64,000 bases of DNA from Peptidiphaga gingivicola (GTDB taxonomy: Bacteria > Actinomycetota > Actinomycetes > Actinomycetales > Actinomycetaceae). Below, piece by piece: positions 28,168-39,233 of the stretch (position 1 is the first letter of the stretch; every line of letters starts with the position of its first letter). The notes under the pieces are model-generated. The model ran no database searches, was not told the DNA's origin, and worked only from the letters and a program-made list of their open reading frames with translations. The stretch covers positions 383,672-447,671 of the forward strand of contig NZ_LVZK01000003.1 of the NCBI RefSeq assembly GCF_001652275.1. The letters are read 5' to 3'. The position numbers were made by a program, and so were the translations under genes.

Positions 28168-31100
28168 GTCTTCCCCGCGCATGCGGGGGTGATCCCCTGT
28201 GCAAAACGCGTCTTGGAGATTTCTCGGTTGTCTTCCCCGCGCATGCGGGGGTGATCCGAAAAATCGACCCACCTTCACCTTCGAAATGTAGTCTTCCCCG
28301 CGCATGCGGGGGTGATCCGGATTGCTCCTTGGGGCGTTTCACGTTGATGCGGTCTTCCCCGCGCATGCGGGGGTGATCCCGGTTCGATGACATACGTGAC
28401 CGAAACCTCAACGTCTTCCCCGCGCATGCGGGGGTGATCCCGACAACAAATTCGCGGCTCCTTGAATGTAGACGTCTTCCCCGCGCATGCGGGGGTGATC
28501 CTGCGAAGCGCTCGCTCGCTCATCAGCTGATGGAGTCTTCCCCGCGCATGCGGGGGTGATCCCGTCCCGTCGGCGTCCTCCACGCACGCATCGCCGTCTT
28601 CCCCGCGCATGCGGGGGTGATCCGACGAAATGAGCTTGGACGAGAAGACTCCCGCCGTCTTCCCCGCGCATGCGGGGGTGATCCGCAGCAAAGAAAGGAA
28701 AACAACAATGAAATACCGTCTTCCCCGCGCATGCGGGGGTGATCCATGTGCAGGCTGCGGCCAGCACGTCACACTCACGTCTTCCCCGCGCATGCGGGGG
28801 TGATCCGCGATCGAAGGGCTTCTCAATGGATGAAATCATGTCTTCCCCGCGCATGCGGGGGTGATCCCTCGGCCCTCCGCGCACGTCAAGAAGGCGCTGA
28901 GTCTTCCCCGCGCATGCGGGGGTGATCCGTACGCTAACTGGTTGATTGGCGAGATCCGCGCGTCTTCCCCGCGCATGCGGGGGTGATCCCGCGACTTCCC
29001 CGGCCCCTTTATGCTCGATTGCGTCTTCCCCGCGCATGCGGGGGTGATCCTTTAATGGGGTAGATGATGAAACTTCCAAACGCGTCTTCCCCGCGCATGC
29101 GGGGGTGATCCGGGATCGCCGCCGTAGAGGGATACCCACAGGGAGTCTTCCCCGCGCATGCGGGGGTGATCCCAAAGCGAAATCGACGTTCGTCATATAG
29201 AGGGTGTCTTCCCCGCGCATGCGGGGGTGATCCCCGTGCGTCGCCGACGTGTTGACGTCCGTTCCGGTCTTCCCCGCGCATGCGGGGGTGATCCTTTCGG
29301 GAGTCTCGTGAGCGATCTCCCGGAGCAGTCTTCCCCGCGCATGCGGGGGTGATCCGTCGGCATTTTGCATGGACGTTTTGTACGAGTTGTCTTCCCCGCG
29401 CATGCGGGGGTGATCCGTATCTCTCGCCGTCCGGCAGGATCGCCACAGCGTCTTCCCCGCGCATGCGGGGGTGATCCCGAGCCCGTTCTCGGCAAATACA
29501 GGAACCGGATCGTCTTCCCCGCGCATGCGGGGGTGATCCCCCGGGAGGGGATCATGACCAGCTCAAACTGCGGTCTTCCCCGCGCATGCGGGGGTGATCC
29601 GTACATGGCAGAGTCGAAAAACATCTCGTGCTTGTCTTCCCCGCGCATGCGGGGGTGATCCGTCTGGGATGAGGGCAATGTCCATCGACAGCGTGTCTTC
29701 CCCGCGCATGCGGGGGTGATCCCTTATTGTAGTACGGCATGATTTCGTTCATCTTGTCTTCCCCGCGCATGCGGGGGTGATCCTGCAAGATTGCAGACAA
29801 GTGGTTGACGATGGGGGTCTTCCCCGCGCATGCGGGGGTGATCCCATCCTCCTTACGCGTCCACGAACGTCGAGCTCGTCTTCCCCGCGCATGCGGGGGT
29901 GATCCGGGGTATGCACGGTATCTTCCCAACGAATTCGAGTCTTCCCCGCGCATGCGGGGGTGATCCCTGCACGCGTCGGCCGGTGAATTCTTTGAGTTTG
30001 TCTTCCCCGCGCATGCGGGGGTGATCCTCAAACGAACGGTGGACATCCGCCCGGGGGAGCGTCTTCCCCGCGCATGCGGGGGTGATCCTCTTCCTTCGCG
30101 CCGAACGCCAGCGTATTCGCCGTCTTCCCCGCGCATGCGGGGGTGATCCCGCGCTGAATTTGCGCCATCCCATGATCGTCGCGTCTTCCCCGCGCATGCG
30201 GGGGTGATCCTGCAGGAGACGACGGGGCCGTTTTCGAACACGTGTCTTCCCCGCGCATGCGGGGGTGATCCCCTCAGCTTGAGGCCTTGTATCGAAACGC
30301 TAAGGTCTTCCCCGCGCATGCGGGGGTGATCCGCTCCCAAGGAAGCCACCGATTGGCAGCAGCGAAGTCTTCCCCGCGCATGCGGGGGTGATCCGTCGGC
30401 GCGGATCCACAGGGGCTCGCCGTCGTCGTCTTCCCCGCGCATGCGGGGGTGATCCGAGACCCGTAGCGTGGACGTGAGCGGCGACGAGGTCTTCCCCGCG
30501 CATGCGGGGGTGATCCGGTGCATGACCGTCTGCGTGGCGGCCGCGCCGTGTCTTCCCCGCGCATGCGGGGGTGATCCTCGTCTGCTGGTGCGGATGCGCA
30601 ACGGCAAGAACGTCTTCCCCGCGCATGCGGGGGTGATCCTATCCCATCGTCTGCCACTTGCCGTTCTCGGAAAGTCTTCCCCGCGCATGCGGGGGTGATC
30701 CGTACACGAACGACCGCAGACGGAAAAACCCTGAGTCTTCCCCGCGCATGCGGGGGTGATCCCTTCCACAAATGAGAATACCGCTTGTCATATTTGGTCT
30801 TCCCCGCGCATGCGGGGGTGATCCCACAGCCGGAACCCAGCCGCCACGACCGTCGGAGTCTTCCCCGCGCATGCGGGGGTGATCCCAACACCTCAACCTC
30901 ATGCCAATCCGGCAACGGGTCTTCCCCGCGCATGCGGGGGTGATCCTGGCAGGCTGTTGCCGGCGTGCTTCTCACGGTTGTCTTCCCCGCGCATGCGGGG
31001 GTGATCCCTCGGCGACCGACAGGAGAGACGCATATGAGCGGTCTTCCCCGCGCATGCGGGGGTGATCCTAACGACTTGACGTATAGACTTCACAGTGTTA

Positions 31101-32166
31101 GGTCTTCCCCGCGCATGCGGGGGTGATCCCACGGGCACGCCAGCCGGCGGGTTGAAATCCCCGTCTTCCCCGCGCATGCGGGGGTGATCCCTCTCTCGTC
31201 ACACTCCAACGGTCGGGCTCTGTGTCTTCCCCGCGCATGCGGGGGTGATCCGGCCACACGCATTCAAAAACGTCATAAAGGAAAGTCTTCCCCGCGCATG
31301 CGGGGGTGATCCCGTCGAAGACCCGATCGTCGCCTTGTAGTCGGCGTCTTCCCCGCGCATGCGGGGGTGATCCCCAGATGCAGCGCCGCGCGGATTTGGC
31401 GACGGAGTCTTCCCCGCGCATGCGGGGGTGATCCCACTTCCTACGTGTTCGTCAACACAACGTTCGTGTCTTCCCCGCGCATGCGGGGGTGATCCGGCGA
31501 TCTGATGGGCGTTCGACGCCATGTAGTTGTCTTCCCCGCGCATGCGGGGGTGATCCCCGGTCAACAATGCCATGCGAAGGGCTGTCGAGGTCTTCCCCGC
31601 GCATGCGGGGGTGATCCGCTGTGGCGTCCGCGTTTTTGCCGTGTTCTCGTGTCTTCCCCGCGCATGCGGGGGTGATCCCAAGCCGTGACCGGGTGATCCT
31701 GGGCGCGGATCGTCTTCCCCGCGCATGCGGGGGTGATCCGTTTGGCGACGTCGGAGGAGGTCAAGCGTCCTCGTCTTCCCCGCGCATGCGGGGGTGATCC
31801 TTGGCGGCCTTGAGCGCAATGTTTTCGGCATCTGTCTTCCCCGCGCATGCGGGGGTGATCCCTGAGCCTCCGACCATTCGCGCCCTTGTTTAAGGTCTTC
31901 CCCGCGCATGCGGGGGTGATCCTTCCTATCAGACATGATATTGGTGAACATTGTGGTCTTCCCCGCGCATGCGGGGGTGATCCGAGGCTTATAGTCCAGG
32001 TGCGGCTTCACCTGAAGTCTTCCCCGCGCATGCGGGGGTGATCCGCCTTGCCATGGGGTTCCGCGCGTGGGGATGACGTCTTCCCCGCGCATGCGGGGGT
32101 GATCCGATATTCACCGCACGCGGCCCAAACCACTGCATGTCTTCCCCGCGCATGCGGGGGTGATCC
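28168..32166 (+). CRISPR. Type I-E CRISPR array: 66 identical 28-bp repeats GTCTTCCCCGCGCATGCGGGGGTGATCC with 65 spacers of 33-34 bp
   Basis: Every repeat was read and is identical. The period is 61-62 bp. A weak degenerate extra repeat (CCATTCTGCGCACATTACAATCC) about 33 nt past the last repeat, at about 32200-32227, is consistent with a trailer at this end. Confidence 0.97.
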
Positions 32167-32603
32167 AGAAATCCTCATAGACAGCGGGAAAAACACAATA
32201 CCATTCTGCGCACATTACAATCCTCTGTCAGTCCTGGACTTTCGCGGTCGGGCAGATTCGAGGATGGCCTTATCGAAGCCGGACCGGACCCTTCACACTT
32301 CCGGAACGCCAAGGTTTCGAGTCCAGGAAAGAGGTGAGGGCGATGGAAAAGCAATCCTTGCCCAACAAGGCAAAAGCCCGGATGCCGCGCGCACTGGCAA
32401 AACTACGCGGATCAAGGCTTTTGCCTTGCCACAGCCATGACAGCGGTGCTAGCCGCACTGCTCAACGTCCCACAGATGGCCGCTCACAACCACTTAACAG
32501 AGCAACCAATTCCCACTGTCCTTTTCACGCCCCAACGGACAAGAAAGCGCGAAGCCTCAAGTTTCGAAAACGCAGAGCCTCAAGCCTCGAAAGCCGCGGA
32601 GGG

Positions 32604-32915
32604 TCATGTCTTCCCATCGGCCTGGCCAGCTTCGTCGTCGGGCTCCTTGCGCGGCCTTCCCCTGCCCCGCATCGGCTTCGGGCGAGGATCCCTTCCAGCT
32701 TCGACGAGAGCGCGACGCAGAATGATTTCAATCTGAGCGTTGACCGACCGAAGATCGTCGGCAGCCCACTTGGCTATCGCCTCGTGGACTGCCGGATCCA
32801 GCCGGAGAAGGAGCTGTTTACGCTTGGTTTCAGCCCCTTTGCCGGCAGCCGCACGCTTGCCCTTCTCGGGCGGCACAGCGCTTCCGGCCTGCTCGTCCCT
32901 CCCGGACACTGACAC
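32604..32915 (-). CDS. Ribbon-helix-helix (Arc/MetJ/CopG-type) DNA-binding protein
   Basis: KRKQLLLRLDPAVHEAIAKWAADDLRSVNAQIEIILRRAL is a classic RHH motif. GTG start at 32915, two nt after the SPFH stop. Confidence 0.65.
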   Translation of the reverse strand: MSVSGRDEQAGSAVPPEKGKRAAAGKGAETKRKQLLLRLDPAVHEAIAKWAADDLRSVNAQIEIILRRALVEAGRDPRPKPMRGRGRPRKEPDDEAGQADGKT

Positions 32916-32916
32916 C

Positions 32917-33972
32917 CTACGTGTAAAGGGAGCCAGCGTTGACAACGGGCTGCGTCCGCTGGTCCGAACACAGAACGACAAGCAGATTCGAAACCATTTG
33001 GGCCCTGCGTTCGTCGTCCAAGACGACTATGTCGGAATCCTCAAGGCGCTTGAGCGCCTGGTCCACCATGGAGACGGCGCCTTCCACGATCTGTTCGCGC
33101 GCCGCGATGACGGCTCCGGCCTGCTGGCGCTGGAGCATCGCCTGCGCGATCTCGGGAGCATAGGCGAGCGAGGAGATGCGAACCTCGATGATCTCCAGCC
33201 CCGCAAGCGCGACACGCGCAGCGACCTCCTCGGCCAGCTCGGAAGAAACGAGGTCGGTTCCCCCGCGCAGCGACGTCTCCCCCGGACCAGGCCCGTCGTA
33301 CGGATGCGTCGTAGCCACATGGCGCAGCGCGGACTCAGCCTGTGCCTTGATGAACGCCTCGTACTGCTCGACGGCGAAGACCGCCCGAGCAGTGTCCGCA
33401 ACTTGCCATACGACGATCGCCGCTATGTTCACCGGGTTTCCGTCAAGGTCGTTGACCTTGAGTTCGTACGTCTCGAAATTGTGGACCTTCACGGAAACCC
33501 TCTTGCCGTACGTAAGCGGAGGGATCAGCACCAGACCGGTCCGCCGGACGGTTCCGATGTACTTGCCGAAGAACTGGCGAACACTGGTTTCACCCGGAGA
33601 AACGATGTAAAAACATGTGCCGAGCAAGCAGACGACGATCACCCCGACCGTCCCTATGGCTATCTTGATCGCCCCAGAGACCACAATGCCATCGGCCGAA
33701 TCAATGGCGCCGACGACGATCAGGTAGATGAAACCCGCCAGCGCGGCAAGTAGGCCGACGGCGGCGAGGAAAGCGGGGCCCGAACCCGCAGACCAAACAA
33801 TCTTCTCGTCGATGTGAACGCGAGCGCGGAACTCGGCCGCCTCCGCCTGCAGTTTTGCAGACTCGGGCAGTTTCGCCGATTCCCGCGGCTTTGCGGACCG
33901 CCGATGTTTCATAGATTCGCGCGGTTTCGCGGATTCGCCAGAATCCGCTTCTGGATTGTCGTTGGCAGGCAT
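32917..33972 (-). CDS. SPFH/band-7 (stomatin/flotillin-like) domain membrane protein
   Basis: N-terminal TM helices followed by an SPFH core ([29 protein letters not shown]...[18 protein letters not shown]). Confidence 0.8.
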   Translation of the reverse strand: MPANDNPEADSGESAKPRESMKHRRSAKPRESAKLPESAKLQAEAAEFRARVHIDEKIVWSAGSGPAFLAAVGLLAALAGFIYLIVVGAIDSADGIVVSGAIKIAIGTVGVIVVCLLGTCFYIVSPGETSVRQFFGKYIGTVRRTGLVLIPPLTYGKRVSVKVHNFETYELKVNDLDGNPVNIAAIVVWQVADTARAVFAVEQYEAFIKAQAESALRHVATTHPYDGPGPGETSLRGGTDLVSSELAEEVAARVALAGLEIIEVRISSLAYAPEIAQAMLQRQQAGAVIAAREQIVEGAVSMVDQALKRLEDSDIVVLDDERRAQMVSNLLVVLCSDQRTQPVVNAGSLYT

Positions 33973-34768
33973 TTCCCTCTCCTATCTAAAGTCCGGCGCC
34001 TGGAACGTTCGGGGGCGGCGTCGGAAACATTCGATGCCCGACGTCGAGAACGCCGCTTTGGCCCCGCGAACCTTGGCGATATCAATATGATATCTATTTT
34101 TGGGCGAAAAGCAAGAACTGATCCCCTCAAAAGCAAGAGCTGCCCTCGGCCGGAAGGCTGTGCCCAACCCGCCCGGATGAAGACATGCCGAACGTCGGAC
34201 TCTCCATGCGGAAGTAGTTGCCGCCCAATGCGCCCATATGCAGGCATGCCGCTCCGAAAAGTCAATAGGTTTGAGGAGCTTCCGGCCGATGAGCGCGGAT
34301 GAGGACGTGCCGCACAGACGGCTTCCTCCGTCGCCGTCGGGCCGAAAGAGCCACATCCTTGCCGGTTCGAAAAGTACCGGCCACTCGCCCGTTTTCGAAA
34401 AGGACCGGCCACTCGCCCGTCGCCGAACCGAATAGACCCAAGCCGTCGTCAATGCGTCCCAAAAGAAGCCTCGCCCGGTGTGTAGGCGTGCGGGTGTGCG
34501 GAACCTTACCGCAGCGCCCCTTACAAAGCCGTAAGAAAACTGCGCATAAACGGGCAGGGGCCCAAAACGCGGGATTCCTCCCCCTTTCGCCACCGGCAAT
34601 ACCGTGAAAGAATGGCTGCGCAAGGCCGAAAGCCGCTCTTCGCGGACCTCGGCCGCGTCGGCGGGGCGCTTTGTCCCGCCGCAGCACGCAGGGTAAGCAC
34701 TGGGCAACATAGCCGGTTCGGCGTCTACCACGAAGCCGCTGACGCCGCTATGGGAAAGTAGCACAAAC

Positions 34769-36265
34769 ATGACCAGCACATTTGGCACCTCTACGCAGTC
34801 GTCGGTGGCGGCGTCGCTCGCCAGCGCCTTCTTGGCGCCCACGTATGACCGTTCGGCCGTAACGTCCGGAATCGTCCATTTCGGACTGGGAAACTTCCAC
34901 CGCGCCCACCAGGCCATGTATCTTGACCGCCTCATGAGCGAAGGCGAGGCGCTCGACTGGGGCATCTGCGGAGTGGGCGTCATGCCATCCGACAAGCGGA
35001 TGCGCGACGTCATGCAGAACCAGGACGGCCTCTACACTCTGGTCCTCAAGCATCCCGACGGGACGCTCGAGCCCAAAGTCATCGGTTCCATCCACGAATA
35101 CCTCTACGCACCGGACGACCCGAGCAAGGTCCTCGACAAGATGACCGACGCCGGCACCCGGATCGTCTCCCTGACCGTCACCGAGGGCGGCTATAACATC
35201 GACGACGCGACCGGTGAGTTCAACACCGAGAATCCCGCCGCGAAGCACGACGCCGAGCATCCCGACAAGCCGACCACGGCCTTCGGCTTCATCGTCGAGG
35301 CGTTGCGCCGACGCCGCGACGCCGGAATTCCTCCCTTCACCGTCATGTCTTGCGACAACCTCCCGGGCAACGGTTCGATCGCAAAGGCCGCGGTCCTCGC
35401 CCAGGCGAAGCTCACCGATCCCGAGCTCGAGGCATGGATTCGGGCAAACGTCGCCTTCCCCAACGGCATGGTCGATAGGATCACCCCGGTGACGACGCCG
35501 GAGGACGTCGAGATGGTCCGCGAGCGCTACGGCATCGAGGACGCCTGGCCCGTGACGGCCGAGCCGTTCGCGCAGTGGGTCCTGGAGGACAAGTTCACCC
35601 TGGGGCGGCCCCCGTTCGAGGACGCGGGGGTCCAGCTCGTCGACGACGTCGTCCCGTATGAGCTCATGAAGCTTCGCCTCCTCAACGCCTCTCACCAGTC
35701 GCTCGCACACTGGGGGCGTCTGCTCGGCTTTGAGTTCGCCCACGACGCCGCAGCCGACCCCGACGTCGCCGCGTTTACGCGTGCCTATCTGGAAAAGGAG
35801 GCGCTGGAGACGCTTCTTCCCGTGCCGGGCATCGACCTCCCGCAGTACGTCAACACGCTGTTCGAGCGTTTCACGAACGCCTCGATCGCGGACACCCTCG
35901 CGAGGTTGGCGCAGGACGCCTCGGATCGGATGCCGAAGTTCGTTCTTCCGACGGTTCGCGACAACCTCAAGGAGAACCGCTCGATCAAGCTCGGCGCGGC
36001 CATGTGCGCCGCGTGGGCTCTGGGGATGGAAGGCAAGGCCGAGGACGGCTCGGAGATCGTGGTCGACGACCAGCAGGGCGATCGTCTGGTCGCCTTGGCC
36101 GCCCGCGAGCGCGACGGCGAGGACACCGCTGTAATCTCCGACGAGGCGGTCTTCGGCGAGCTCGGCTCGGACCCGCGCTTCGTTGAGGCTTTCACGGAGG
36201 CTTTGAGGGCGATTCGGGCCGACGGCGCACGCGCGGTCATGAAGCGCCTGGTCGCGGAAGACTGA
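34769..36265 (+). CDS. Mannitol dehydrogenase family oxidoreductase (mannitol 2-dehydrogenase / D-mannonate oxidoreductase-like)
   Basis: VHFGLGNFHRAHQAMY N-terminal Rossmann-fold block and the C-terminal Mtl_DH domain. Confidence 0.8.
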   Translation: MTSTFGTSTQSSVAASLASAFLAPTYDRSAVTSGIVHFGLGNFHRAHQAMYLDRLMSEGEALDWGICGVGVMPSDKRMRDVMQNQDGLYTLVLKHPDGTLEPKVIGSIHEYLYAPDDPSKVLDKMTDAGTRIVSLTVTEGGYNIDDATGEFNTENPAAKHDAEHPDKPTTAFGFIVEALRRRRDAGIPPFTVMSCDNLPGNGSIAKAAVLAQAKLTDPELEAWIRANVAFPNGMVDRITPVTTPEDVEMVRERYGIEDAWPVTAEPFAQWVLEDKFTLGRPPFEDAGVQLVDDVVPYELMKLRLLNASHQSLAHWGRLLGFEFAHDAAADPDVAAFTRAYLEKEALETLLPVPGIDLPQYVNTLFERFTNASIADTLARLAQDASDRMPKFVLPTVRDNLKENRSIKLGAAMCAAWALGMEGKAEDGSEIVVDDQQGDRLVALAARERDGEDTAVISDEAVFGELGSDPRFVEAFTEALRAIRADGARAVMKRLVAED

Positions 36266-36491
36266 GCCGGCCGAGAGCGGCGGTTTTGGCGGAGGCGCCG
36301 CCGAAACCGAGGAAGCCGCCTCGTCCGAGGACTGCTGACCCTTTCGGGCTGACTGGATAGAAGTGACCGGTGTGGGCGGTCGCGGCGAAAACGTCGCGGC
36401 CGCCCACACCGCCGTCGTCCGAATCCCCTCCGGCGTCGCACGGCTTCTGCCGCAGCATGCCTTCGGGAACTCGCGCTAAACTGAGGGTGTT

Positions 36492-37364
36492 ATGGCTACA
36501 GGCACTGCATTGATCTTCGAAGGCGGCGGGATGCGCGGCACGTACACGGCCGCGTTGGTTGCCGCAATGATTGAATCGGGAGTCGAGGTCCCTTGGGTGG
36601 GCGGGATTTCTGCGGGAGCGACCCACACGGCGAATTTTTTGGCCCGCGACGCTTGGCGGGCCCGTGCATGCTTTGTCGAGCTTGCGAAAGACCCGAAGAT
36701 CGGAGGCCCGATCAGCTTCATAAGAGGCAAAGGTTACTTCAATTCGGATTACATTTACCACCAGACGACGGCGCCCGGCGAGCTTCTTCCCTACAACTGG
36801 GAGGCGTACTCGGCCAGCTCCACGCCGTTCAAGATCGGCTCTTTCGACTGCGCAACAGGAAAGACCGTCTACTGGGGCCGAGACGACGTGAAGGACAATT
36901 CGGATTTCACGACGCGATGCCAGGCCTCGTCTTCTATACCGATCGCGATGCCAATGGTTCAGCTTGACGGGACCGCCTATCTCGACGGCGCGATAGGCGA
37001 GACGGGAGGCTTCGCCGTCGATGCGGCCAGAGCCGACGGGTACGAGCGCTTCCTCGTTGTCATGACGCGCCCTCGCGGGTATCGGAAAGGGCCGGTCAGG
37101 GCCCCTGCCGCGATTTACCAGAAGATATTTAAGAAGTATCCCGCCGTCGTCGAGGCGATACTAAAGCGTCCCGAACGCTACAACGCCACCCTCGACGAAC
37201 TCGAACAGCTCCAGGCCGAGGGGAAAGCCTACCTTTACTATCCCGAAACAATGCCGGTGTCCAACGGCGAGCGCAATGCCGTGCGCATCCAAGCGGCCTA
37301 CGAAGAGGGCATGCAGCAGGCGCGGCGAGACCTCCCCGCGATCAAAGAGTTCCTAGCCGGCTGA
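36492..37364 (+). CDS. Patatin-like phospholipase family protein
   Basis: GGGMRG oxyanion motif and GISAG (GxSxG) serine motif. Confidence 0.8.
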   Translation: MATGTALIFEGGGMRGTYTAALVAAMIESGVEVPWVGGISAGATHTANFLARDAWRARACFVELAKDPKIGGPISFIRGKGYFNSDYIYHQTTAPGELLPYNWEAYSASSTPFKIGSFDCATGKTVYWGRDDVKDNSDFTTRCQASSSIPIAMPMVQLDGTAYLDGAIGETGGFAVDAARADGYERFLVVMTRPRGYRKGPVRAPAAIYQKIFKKYPAVVEAILKRPERYNATLDELEQLQAEGKAYLYYPETMPVSNGERNAVRIQAAYEEGMQQARRDLPAIKEFLAG

Positions 37365-37459
37365 TTGGGCCTGGCTGATTGAACCTGGCCAATCGCCGAT
37401 GGCGCTCTATCCGGCAGGGCCGGGCAGGGCGGCACGCTAACCGGCTGAATGGCGGTTCG

Positions 37460-39064
37460 CTAACCTGTTGAGCGGCGGCCGCATTCTGGGTCGCCCGGTT
37501 CGCGGCCTTGCACCCGCGTCGTCGGTCTGACAATCCGCTTATCCGACGTCGAACCGTCGAACCGAAGGCCGTGTCCGTCGAGCATCCGATCGTCGAGCAT
37601 CCGATCGCCCTTCTTGAGACCTCGGCTGTCCGTTCTGTCGTCCTGATCAGCTAGCTTGCGGCCCTCGTCAGCCAGCTTGGGGGCCCTATCAGCGAGCTTG
37701 CTGCCCCCATGAGCCAGCTTGGGGGCCCGGCCCTCTAGCTCGCCGTCTCGGCCGCCAAGGTTGCCTTCCCCGCTGTTTGGCTTCTGTTCACGGCCGTCCA
37801 ATCGGACCGCTTTGGGATCGGTCCAATCGCCCAGGCGAAGGGAGTCTCCTGGATCCTGCGAGTCCTTGGAATCGGCCTGCTCAAAGGGACGCATCTTTCC
37901 TACGCCGTTTCCGTACACGAGGCATGCGCACACCGCGACGATCGCGACCTCGATGACGGCTATGGCCCCGGCAGGGCGCAAAAGCGCAAGAAGGACGCCT
38001 ACGCCGAGCATCGTCAGGCAGGCAAAGTTCAGCCCTTCCGGGCGCACTTTCCTCTTCACGAAGACGAACCACAGCGCAATCAGGCACAGCGCCGGCCCCC
38101 AGCCCAAAAGAAGACCGACGGAGGCGGAGATCCTCTCACGCGGCTGGCCGACTGCCATTTCCATTCCGGCGGTGAACGCAACGATGCCCGCGGCGAGCAT
38201 TTGCTGCCCCTCGGCGACGAGGAGGCCGAGTCCGATGCCGTTGGTCGAGTGGCCGGATTCGCCGGAGATTAATCCGTCGATGACGGCTGTCCGCCAGAAG
38301 TAGATGTACCACAGGCAGACGATCGCGGTCAGGGACAGGAGGCCGACGGCGACGCTCAGCGGCGCGTCAAGGTGACGCTTCATCGCGTTGCCGACGGCTA
38401 GGAAGCCCGAGGCGAGGCAGACGATGAAGAAGAGGCGGCAGCGCCTGACTTGATGCCCCAGATCGAAGGGCACGCGAGAAAGCTCGCTCCGGTCGAACCT
38501 CGGGAGGGGATGCTGGGTCCACCGTCCGGCAAGGTCGATCAGCGCGGCCGCGAGCCACAGCCAGAGCCGCTGCTCTCGACTCGCAAAGCACCCCGCAACC
38601 CACAGAAGCGAGGAGAAGCCAAGCCAGATCGCCACAGCCGTCCGCTGCCTGCGAAGCGCCTCGTATACGTCCATGCGCCTGGCGACGAACGTCCTGCCGA
38701 ACTGGACGACGAGCATGGGCGCCACGAACATCCACGGAGAGCCGCCGAAAGCGCCGCCAATCGCCGTGTTCATGACGAGGCTCACGAGCATGGCCGCGAC
38801 GACGATGGGATAGACGGCGCGCGACCTGATGAGAACGGTGGTTGAATCATAAACGGTCAAAGACCATACGCAGAAAACGGCGAGAAGCAGAACGAGAGTC
38901 TCGAGCACTCCGCGCCAGTCGAGATTCTTCAAAAGATGCTCGGACAGCTGCGCCAGCGCGAGTATATAGACGAGATCGAAAAGCAGCTCGAGGGTAGTGA
39001 CCTCTTGTTTCCTGCCCGGGTGGACGTCGAGGCGCCGCCCGGTGCCCACTATCGATTCCGACAC
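37460..39064 (-). CDS. LtrA (low-temperature-requirement A) family membrane protein with a repetitive disordered C-terminal tail
   Basis: TTLELLFDLVYILALAQLS LtrA signature and multiple TM helices. Tail repeats RAPKLAD(R/E)... Confidence 0.7.
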   Translation of the reverse strand: MSESIVGTGRRLDVHPGRKQEVTTLELLFDLVYILALAQLSEHLLKNLDWRGVLETLVLLLAVFCVWSLTVYDSTTVLIRSRAVYPIVVAAMLVSLVMNTAIGGAFGGSPWMFVAPMLVVQFGRTFVARRMDVYEALRRQRTAVAIWLGFSSLLWVAGCFASREQRLWLWLAAALIDLAGRWTQHPLPRFDRSELSRVPFDLGHQVRRCRLFFIVCLASGFLAVGNAMKRHLDAPLSVAVGLLSLTAIVCLWYIYFWRTAVIDGLISGESGHSTNGIGLGLLVAEGQQMLAAGIVAFTAGMEMAVGQPRERISASVGLLLGWGPALCLIALWFVFVKRKVRPEGLNFACLTMLGVGVLLALLRPAGAIAVIEVAIVAVCACLVYGNGVGKMRPFEQADSKDSQDPGDSLRLGDWTDPKAVRLDGREQKPNSGEGNLGGRDGELEGRAPKLAHGGSKLADRAPKLADEGRKLADQDDRTDSRGLKKGDRMLDDRMLDGHGLRFDGSTSDKRIVRPTTRVQGREPGDPECGRRSTG

Positions 39065-39233
39065 TGCTGTCTCCCTTTCGTCACGTGCGCCAGCGAAGCG
39101 TGGATGTCTGCGCCGTCGATGCTACACGCTGGCGGAGGGCGTGCGCGACGTCGCCGTCCGCCCAGAACGCCTCGAACAGAACGTCACCCGCTTCCCAACA
39201 GAGCGCCGCCCCTCCTCCAAAGCGCAGGGGCGG

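Noticed and set aside
28275-32196. Numerous ORFs translating to PRMRGED / ITPACAGKT-type peptide repeats across 28-32 kb
   Set aside because: They are translations of the 28-bp CRISPR repeat in different frames, not protein-coding genes.
32366-32428. 13-bp perfect inverted repeat CAAGGCAAAAGCC...GGCTTTTGCCTTG with a 37-nt loop downstream of the CRISPR array
   Set aside because: No adjoining U-run on either strand, so not a canonical terminator. Noted only as a possible structured element.
32740-33753. 337-aa plus-strand ORF
   Set aside because: Antisense to the SPFH gene, which has clear TM and SPFH features.
33982-35013. 343-aa minus-strand ORF covering the non-coding gap and the start of the mannitol dehydrogenase gene
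   Set aside because: No motif, biased composition, antisense to a well-supported gene. The region is treated as non-coding (see findings).
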